From the IMG/VR virus record IMGVR_UViG_3300011116_001229: a DNA stretch of 64,000 nt. One strand, 5' to 3'. The position numbers and the translations under genes were made by a program. Each line of letters opens with the position of its first letter. Within the stretch, counting starts at the first letter, position 1. The notes below the pieces were generated by a model. That model was not told the origin of the DNA and did no database searches. It was given only the letters and a program-made list of their open reading frames with translations. Below, piece after piece: positions 57,242-64,000 of this stretch. The DNA is from a virus. Its lineage: Duplodnaviria > Caudoviricetes.

Positions 57242-59737
57242 ATGCCAATTAAATTAGATTTAGCAAATAGAATACCTGAGTCAGCACTAATAATTGATTC
57301 AAGCTTAGTTGGCGAAGTAATTGATGTTGATCCACAGTATGTTACTTTAAAAGTCTATTTTTCTGTTAGACTCAATGATAAGTCATATAATCCGCTTTTA
57401 TATAAAAAAGTCAATATATCAATTTTAACTGATGCTCAAAGAAATTCTTTGACCACACCTTTTAAAAATAATAATTTTGAAGATAATAATTCTTTTATTA
57501 AAAAGAATATTCTTGGAAAGAATACAGTTGCACAAATTGGCACAGATGAGTCAAAATTGTCCCAAGACTTAAGCTTCAATAAAAGATTTTTATCTAATGA
57601 AAACATATCGCTAGAGTCTCAAATTAAATATAATAAGTACAGAACCATAGTTCAGTCTGTAAAAAATACCATAGGTGATAATTCAACAATAACATCACAG
57701 ACAGTTTATATAGATCAAAAAGTAGTCTCTGCTTTAAAAACAGCTGTTGATTTTACTGACATTATTCTCCCAGACTTTATTAATATTTCTCAAGATAAAA
57801 GTCTATTAACTGAACGTGTTTCAAATTCTCCAGATCTTAAAATTTTTCAAGATATAGTCAATTCAAAGACTACTATTAGCAAGCTTATTAGTAAATCAAC
57901 ACAGACTGCTGTAGATGATACACAAAATTTAAATGAAAAGCTGATAATTGACTACCTAATACATAGCGCAAATAAGCTTGACAGAAGAAATTTAAGCAAT
58001 TTAAATTACTATACAAAGCAAAGATCTAGAAAATTTCTTAATAAGCTAGATTTATCTACTGAGTTTAAATTAAGAAGATCATACACTAATAAAAGCTTGA
58101 CTCTTAAATTTGATCTTTTCTCCAAAGATTCTCCTGACAATCCTGGTCTAACTAGACTAATAAATCTTGACTTTACTAGATTTTTTGATGTCTACTATAA
58201 GTCTATTAAATCTATCAATATCGACTGTACATCAAGACAATTAAATGCTTTAGTTAATGAAAATACATTAAGTTTTTCTTGCCAACAAGAAGATGAAAAG
58301 AAAATATTAAGTTATAATCTTTACGTCAAAAATTTATTGAGTCAAGACAATAGTAAATTTTCATTTCTTACAAGCTTAGAAAAGAATAGTTCTTATGTTT
58401 CTCAGCAAGCTAATGACTCTTATTCGCTTTGCTACAGAGTTAAACCTGTCACTTATTTTGGTGAGTCTTATGTTTTTTCTGACTGTGTTGTTAAATCAGT
58501 CAAAGGTGAAAAAACATTGTTTGAAGCAGATAATTTTACGTTCTTTAATGTTCGACAAATTTCATCAAACAGTGTTGAGTTAGAAATCTCATATGATAAC
58601 GAAAATATTTCAAACCAAATTAGAAAGATAAAAATCTACAAGAGAAACTGTACTCTTTCTTCAGACGCACCATTTGGTATTTTTTCTATAGAATATTTGT
58701 CTGATTCATCTTCATCAAAACAAGTTTTAAATGATGAAAATATCTTAGTCAATAATTTTTACGAGTATTACGTCGAATTAATTGATCAATACGAAAATGT
58801 AATAAAATCTTCAGAACCAAAGTTGATAAACGTCAGATTTATTAACGATCCAGCTTCTTTTTCTGTCAGCGTATCAAACGTGTCTATAACTCCTGATACT
58901 GTTCTGTTTTCAATCCAGACTGATATACAAAAATTAGATACATCTGCAAACTTATTAAAACAGCAACTAGATAAATTAAGAATAAATGTGACCCCCACTC
59001 AAGAAGTTTCCTCTAATCCAAACGATTATCCTATAACTGCTTATCATAAAATCACTAGAATAGACACAGTGACAAATAAGAGAGAAACTTTCAGCCTAGT
59101 AACTGATGGAACATTTGAAGACAGCCCCGAGACAAGAAAAAGAATGTCAATTTCAGACCCAATAACTGGTAGAAGCTACAAGTACATGATTGAGTCTTTT
59201 AAAAGAGACCCAATTACTATTACTAAAGACTTTTTAGTAGTTGGTAATACAAATATAGAAAATAAAACGTGGTTCTATAGACCTTCTAAATGGATGCATC
59301 CACGAGTCTTAAATACAGGAACATTGCTTGAAGAGAATGAAAATTCTTTTAATGAGTCTCATGAAGAAACTTTCATGTCAGATTTTATTGGAACTTTTAT
59401 GGTAAATGACATTAATTTCTCGATCAATAGAAGAGATCTTCAAATTTCAAATGTCGCTGCTACAAGAGCTTCATTGACAAACATAAAAATTTCATGGAAT
59501 TTGATGCAAAATTTAATTGATCAATTTGATAGCTTTATTGTGTGCAAAGTTGTCAATGGCAAAAAAAGCATTCTTGGTATTACTTCTGATCCTTATTTAT
59601 ATCATGCTTTAGATAATGAAGAAGATTTAGGTACGCTGTTTTATGAAGTAACTCCTGTCAGCAATGACTATGTTATTCTACAGACGCATATGAGCAATCC
59701 TTTGATAATAACTCAAAATCTTGAAGGAAAATTTTAG
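57242..59737 (+). CDS. Large hypothetical protein, possible FN3-like beta-sandwich repeats
   Basis: Start moved to ATG 57242, just after the upstream stop. YRVKPV, YEYYVELID, YKYMIE, IKISW and YEVTPV patterns. Confidence 0.6.
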   Translation: MPIKLDLANRIPESALIIDSSLVGEVIDVDPQYVTLKVYFSVRLNDKSYNPLLYKKVNISILTDAQRNSLTTPFKNNNFEDNNSFIKKNILGKNTVAQIGTDESKLSQDLSFNKRFLSNENISLESQIKYNKYRTIVQSVKNTIGDNSTITSQTVYIDQKVVSALKTAVDFTDIILPDFINISQDKSLLTERVSNSPDLKIFQDIVNSKTTISKLISKSTQTAVDDTQNLNEKLIIDYLIHSANKLDRRNLSNLNYYTKQRSRKFLNKLDLSTEFKLRRSYTNKSLTLKFDLFSKDSPDNPGLTRLINLDFTRFFDVYYKSIKSINIDCTSRQLNALVNENTLSFSCQQEDEKKILSYNLYVKNLLSQDNSKFSFLTSLEKNSSYVSQQANDSYSLCYRVKPVTYFGESYVFSDCVVKSVKGEKTLFEADNFTFFNVRQISSNSVELEISYDNENISNQIRKIKIYKRNCTLSSDAPFGIFSIEYLSDSSSSKQVLNDENILVNNFYEYYVELIDQYENVIKSSEPKLINVRFINDPASFSVSVSNVSITPDTVLFSIQTDIQKLDTSANLLKQQLDKLRINVTPTQEVSSNPNDYPITAYHKITRIDTVTNKRETFSLVTDGTFEDSPETRKRMSISDPITGRSYKYMIESFKRDPITITKDFLVVGNTNIENKTWFYRPSKWMHPRVLNTGTLLEENENSFNESHEETFMSDFIGTFMVNDINFSINRRDLQISNVAATRASLTNIKISWNLMQNLIDQFDSFIVCKVVNGKKSILGITSDPYLYHALDNEEDLGTLFYEVTPVSNDYVILQTHMSNPLIITQNLEGKF

Positions 59738-59742
59738 AGAAT

Positions 59743-62700
59743 ATGGGAAAGAGAGCGACAGTAAAATCAGCAGTTACGACTAGAGGCTATAATTCTGGCG
59801 ATGGAGGCTTTTCTCAAATATTTTCATTTAACACCACGGTTGCTTCTCAAGTTGCAAGTAGTATTGATACCAAAGTCTCAGATCAGTTAAGCGGCATTCA
59901 ATTTGAGTTTAAGTCTGGACAGGGTTCAAATCCGCCCGTAGTTAATTCTGAGTCGATTAATTATTCACAAATAACTTCTGCATTAGTAAATTCAGACTTA
60001 TTAACAAACTCTACGACATCAAAAATTCTTGATCCAAATGATAAGCTTATAAATAAAAATTCTAGTCAATATAACCCTTGGGCCACAAAATCAACAAATA
60101 AGTCTAGAATTTATACGGCGCTTACTGCTATACCCTCCGACGAGCCATTGATCATAAGCTCAATAGAAGTATTGCCAGTTAGTGATACAAACTTTACTTT
60201 AAAACTTTTAGACTTTGGCGGATCTGACTTCGAAGGTATTGGAGTCGATACTTCATATGACAGAGACTTCTCTTTAATTCTTAAAAAAGAATGTGAAGAT
60301 CTCATCTTGTCGACGGCACAAAATACATTCTTAAAAAATAAATCTCATTCAGCAAAAACAGCAGGAAAAATTTTAGATAGTAAAAATAAATTTTCTGAAT
60401 TATCTGTTACACAAGCTAAAGGATCTTCATTGATCTTGCAAAATCTTGTAGATGTTATCAGCGTATTAAATCCTCAAAAAGTTCTTGATGAGTCTCAAGA
60501 CTATCCTAAAGGTTTCTCTAATATTTTTACACAAGAAAAATGTGTTTTATCTTCACCTTTTATCAACACTACGTCTTTTAATAGCCTTCTTTCAATCATA
60601 AAGAAAGAAATTTATACACATTCTCTTGCAACAGATCTAACATCAATACTTTTGCCGGAAGCTAAACTATCGCTTAATGAAAGCATAAGAACCAATAGTC
60701 TATCTTTTAAAATTTTAAATCAAACAGACTCTTTTCCTGAACAATTAGTTCTCCCTGGTGGTGCAAATAAAATAATTCAAAATTATTTTGACAAACATTT
60801 CGTCTTAAATAGACAAAAAACCTTTCAGACAGACGTCTCACTAGCAGATATTGCAGCTATCGGTTTAGTCAATGCTCGTCATATTGGCGGATTAAGCGAT
60901 ATTTTAGTTACAAATGGCTCGGGTAACATAGGCATTAAAAAATCATTTTCTGGTATTCCGCAGTTTAATAATGGTATTGACAATATTTTAAGAAATTTAA
61001 CAGTCAATTCATTTAAGTCAAGTGTAGGCGGCGACCTATTGGTACCACACGCTGGAATTGACTTCACAAAATATTTTGGTCTATTATCTTTTCTTCTTTT
61101 TAAAGAAATACTATTCTCTTCATCTTGTAGAAATACACCAATAAGAAATTATCTTTCTAAAAATTTTGGTGGTTATCTTCCTACAATAACTCAAGATTCA
61201 ACTGCAGCTAATTATGACATATGGAATGTTCTTATTGGAGAACTAACTAGAGAAGTAACTGATTTTACGAATGAAGATGCTTTATTGACAAATAACGCAA
61301 CTTCAGCTCCTTCACTAGCAAGATTTACTAAACAAGTTATCAATGCCGATAGTAGTCAGCTAAGTGATCCATCGACAGAAAATGTCTATCGAATTCTTAC
61401 AATAGAAGAGACAAACTTAGATTTTGGTGCAGGAGAAACATTAACCCCAGGCGCACTTTACTATATTGACTCAGCATTAACAGGACAAGCAAATTCTCAG
61501 GGAGACATTCTTCCTGATACTGCTAAAGCTAGTCAGCTACTAACAAAAATTCAAGATGCAAGAAAGTCTATTAACGCAATTAAGTACTTGCACAGAGCTA
61601 AAATAGAAGAAGAAGATTCTACTTTATTTCAGCTGCAGCAATTAAGCGAGTATAGAGAATCTATTACCAGAGCCTATAGAGAAATTGCCACATCCGATCT
61701 AGTTAAATTTTATGAGTCAAAGATAAAAATAGTAGCACAATCATCTAAAAACTTTTCAGAGATTCCTGAAGATCAAAAAACTAAAGAAATTTACAATACT
61801 AGCGTAGCTGCAATCGGCAAAAATGGTTTTGTAAGCAGAGTTCTTGCATCACTTATTTCTAGGGCATGGTCTTTAATTTACGACTCATCATACCTTGATG
61901 TCAAGAAAAAGTCTGTGGGTGAGAATTTACTAAAAGCTATCTTTTCAATTGTTTTAAGAAGAATGTATCATATTGGTATGGGAGAAGACGGCAAAACTAA
62001 TCATGGTGCGATTTCAAGTAATGGATTTGAAAAATTTAAACCAAAATTTAAGATAGAAGTTGCCAATCTTGGGCTCGGAGAAATTCAATTTGTTACACCT
62101 AATTTTTCAAATGCATCTCCTGAGTTAAAGAAAGAGTTTTCTCATTCAAATAGAGGTCTATTTTTTCAAACTCTAATTGACACAACTGGTAACGCTATTA
62201 GCCCAGCCATGGCAATAGATGCCATAATTTTTTCAAATCCTGAAATCTTTAAAGTTTTTAAAGATAAAGCTGAAGCGTCTTCTGCAACATTTTGGGACTT
62301 AGAGACTAGAAAAACGCCCAAGGTAAGTTTTACTTCTCAGACCCCGCTTCTTAAGAATGCAGCTGCAAACTCTCTTTTGCTAAAAGGAGAAAGCTATTTT
62401 CACAATTTAGTCGTTTACAGCGATTTAAATGGTACAAATGGCCTCGGAAAGAAAAATTTTCTTCTCGATAAAATTGCCGAGCTCTTATCAAAATTTCACT
62501 TAGCTGTTAAGGATAGATCTCCATTTAGAACCGCGGGGGCAGATAATTCTAATCTTCTTGCAGGACGTGTCACTACGTGTTATGGTGATATTGATGCCTC
62601 TGTGATGCTTTGGAATTATTTTTTATTAATAGTTGATGCTATAAGAAGAGTTACTCCTGAGTCTCTAATAGGTGTTCTTGATTTTTCTACTTATGACTCA

Positions 62701-64000
62701 AAGGATGATATCAATACCGTTAGTTACGTAACTGAATTTGGTTATAATCTTGGAATTGATCAAAGCTTTAAATATATAAATGAAACCGACAGTCCTAACG
62801 AAACTAAAGGATCTTATAGTTTTTGGAATACTAAACTAAACTACAGAGACACAATCGATCCTGTAATTAATTCTTTTATTGAACAGCAAAAAGTTTGCTC
62901 AGACCATTTTTCTAGACTTACACTTTACCTTTCTGTGCTTGAAAATCGAGTTTCAAACTTTATTAACTTCTTAAAGTCACCAATTGCAGATGTGAAAAAA
63001 TACTATAATGAATTAAATTCAGCTGCAAACTCAGAAGTATCTTCATTGCCGGACGATGCTTCACGTAGCTCGTTAAAAAGATTTCTTGTTTCTAGCGGCT
63101 TTGCACAAGAACAACTTTTGCTGTCAAGAAATATAGGAGATGAAATTAAAAGAAGGACAGATCTAGATCTAAATTCGTTCTATAGTGCTGTAGTCAATTT
63201 AAAACCAGGATTTTACAGCGAGAAAGGATCTCTGTTTCAGACACAGGAGTTCACCATTTCCGATAAGCCAGCTGTGATTGGAATCTCTGAATTTATTTCT
63301 CTCAATGCTACAGACCAGTTTGCTTATAATCCACTGGTAAGACAATTCTTCATAAAGAACGACAAATTCACCAGTATCAATACTAACAATAGAAGAATTT
63401 TGTCTATTGGAATACCGCCAAGAATGGTGAGAAATTTAAATAAAACACCTGCTTTGCAAACAAGTCTAAATTATTCGAGTTCAGTTCTTAAGAATTTAAT
63501 TAAGATTAAAGTTTATAAGAACGACGTTTTGAACACACCCGGTATCTACTATAAACCAAAGACGTTTGTTTTTGACATGTACCGATTTCCAACAAGAGAT
63601 CTTGCTCTCTATAAAGAAGTTGATATTAATGGAAGTCTTGACGACTTGATTGCGTCTATTCCAACAAAAGTACATATTCCTAATAGCTTTTTAGATCAAA
63701 CTATTATAAAGCAGCAAATTACTGAAAATGGTCTCTTTGCAAGAAATTATGCTGTTTCAGAATATTCTGCTGTCGTAGGAAAGAATACAGCAATTGATTT
63801 TAAAAGCTTATACAATAATCACGTTGAGAGCTTTTTACTAGAAGAATATGTAAATATGTTTACTCGGGCGAGGCTAGATGAATCTTACTATTATCATTAT
63901 GTCAACCTAGACGCAACAATGAAGAATATGGAATCGCAGTTTAATAACTACCTGTCGACAACTAACCTACAATTTAATGAGTCAAATCTACCAGATGACT
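59743..64000 (+). CDS. Very large hypothetical protein, >1419 aa, truncated by window edge
   Basis: Absent from the ORF track. ATG at 59743 (MGKRATVKSAVTTRG...). Frame was open in every segment translated, including the last lines. Confidence 0.8.
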   Translation, partial: MGKRATVKSAVTTRGYNSGDGGFSQIFSFNTTVASQVASSIDTKVSDQLSGIQFEFKSGQGSNPPVVNSESINYSQITSALVNSDLLTNSTTSKILDPNDKLINKNSSQYNPWATKSTNKSRIYTALTAIPSDEPLIISSIEVLPVSDTNFTLKLLDFGGSDFEGIGVDTSYDRDFSLILKKECEDLILSTAQNTFLKNKSHSAKTAGKILDSKNKFSELSVTQAKGSSLILQNLVDVISVLNPQKVLDESQDYPKGFSNIFTQEKCVLSSPFINTTSFNSLLSIIKKEIYTHSLATDLTSILLPEAKLSLNESIRTNSLSFKILNQTDSFPEQLVLPGGANKIIQNYFDKHFVLNRQKTFQTDVSLADIAAIGLVNARHIGGLSDILVTNGSGNIGIKKSFSGIPQFNNGIDNILRNLTVNSFKSSVGGDLLVPHAGIDFTKYFGLLSFLLFKEILFSSSCRNTPIRNYLSKNFGGYLPTITQDSTAANYDIWNVLIGELTREVTDFTNEDALLTNNATSAPSLARFTKQVINADSSQLSDPSTENVYRILTIEETNLDFGAGETLTPGALYYIDSALTGQANSQGDILPDTAKASQLLTKIQDARKSINAIKYLHRAKIEEEDSTLFQLQQLSEYRESITRAYREIATSDLVKFYESKIKIVAQSSKNFSEIPEDQKTKEIYNTSVAAIGKNGFVSRVLASLISRAWSLIYDSSYLDVKKKSVGENLLKAIFSIVLRRMYHIGMGEDGKTNHGAISSNGFEKFKPKFKIEVANLGLGEIQFVTPNFSNASPELKKEFSHSNRGLFFQTLIDTTGNAISPAMAIDAIIFSNPEIFKVFKDKAEASSATFWDLETRKTPKVSFTSQTPLLKNAAANSLLLKGESYFHNLVVYSDLNGTNGLGKKNFLLDKIAELLSKFHLAVKDRSPFRTAGADNSNLLAGRVTTCYGDIDASVMLWNYFLLIVDAIRRVTPESLIGVLDFSTYDSKDDINTVSYVTEFGYNLGIDQSFKYINETDSPNETKGSYSFWNTKLNYRDTIDPVINSFIEQQKVCSDHFSRLTLYLSVLENRVSNFINFLKSPIADVKKYYNELNSAANSEVSSLPDDASRSSLKRFLVSSGFAQEQLLLSRNIGDEIKRRTDLDLNSFYSAVVNLKPGFYSEKGSLFQTQEFTISDKPAVIGISEFISLNATDQFAYNPLVRQFFIKNDKFTSINTNNRRILSIGIPPRMVRNLNKTPALQTSLNYSSSVLKNLIKIKVYKNDVLNTPGIYYKPKTFVFDMYRFPTRDLALYKEVDINGSLDDLIASIPTKVHIPNSFLDQTIIKQQITENGLFARNYAVSEYSAVVGKNTAIDFKSLYNNHVESFLLEEYVNMFTRARLDESYYYHYVNLDATMKNMESQFNNYLSTTNLQFNESNLPDD

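Noticed and set aside
60111-61067. Short minus-strand ORFs near the right end
   Set aside because: Antisense to the >1419-aa plus-strand ORF starting at 59743.
1-64000. Stop-codon reassignment, tRNAs, introns/inteins, IS elements
   Set aside because: Genes are full length in the standard code and end in TAA, TAG and TGA. Gaps are at most about 110 nt with no cloverleaf seen. No intein, transposase or homing-endonuclease motifs were noticed.
1-64000. Eukaryotic giant virus (NCLDV) or bacterial capsule-locus origin
   Set aside because: Contractile-tail baseplate genes, sigma-family proteins and bacterial-type promoters point to a phage; no NCLDV core genes or polysaccharide export genes were seen.

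Overview
This window is almost entirely coding and reads in the standard bacterial code. It looks like part of a jumbo tailed phage with a contractile (myovirus-type) tail, not a cellular genome. That assignment rests on T4-like baseplate genes (gp5/gp25/gp6/gp7-like), a gp55-like late sigma factor, and ClpP, PhoH, a DinG-like helicase and a Cas4/AddB-like nuclease, with no rRNA, tRNA or CRISPR seen. It has three blocks. (1) 1-17.8 kb, minus strand: baseplate/tail genes rich in LamG/DNRLRE lectin-like domains, plus the sigma factor. This includes an ORF of >1210 aa that runs off the left edge and is missing from the ORF track. (2) 17.8-48.2 kb, minus strand: about 35 tightly coupled genes for nucleotide-sugar synthesis and tailoring. 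These include Gmd/Fcl, a DmhA-like GDP-heptose dehydratase, an MlghB/DdahB-like epimerase, a ColD-like 3-dehydratase, a split HldE, a TPP E1 alpha/beta pair, B12 and HemN-like radical SAM enzymes, a PhyH oxygenase and methyltransferases. There are also about 9-10 glycosyltransferases (GT4, GT2, GT6, GT11, HtrL-like). No flippase, polymerase or lipid-carrier enzyme is present. (3) 48.3-64 kb, mostly plus strand: a degenerate GroEL, ClpP, a helicase, a histone-H1-like protein, a stand-alone sigma region 4, PIN-PhoH and three large unknown proteins, the last running off the right edge. The leading hypothesis (inference) is a phage-encoded virion-protein glycosylation system that makes exotic deoxy, branched or heptose sugars. 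The [S/T]-G-S tripeptide, strongly over-represented in four putative virion proteins, is a candidate acceptor sequon. All family calls come from motif recognition by eye; no database searches were run.
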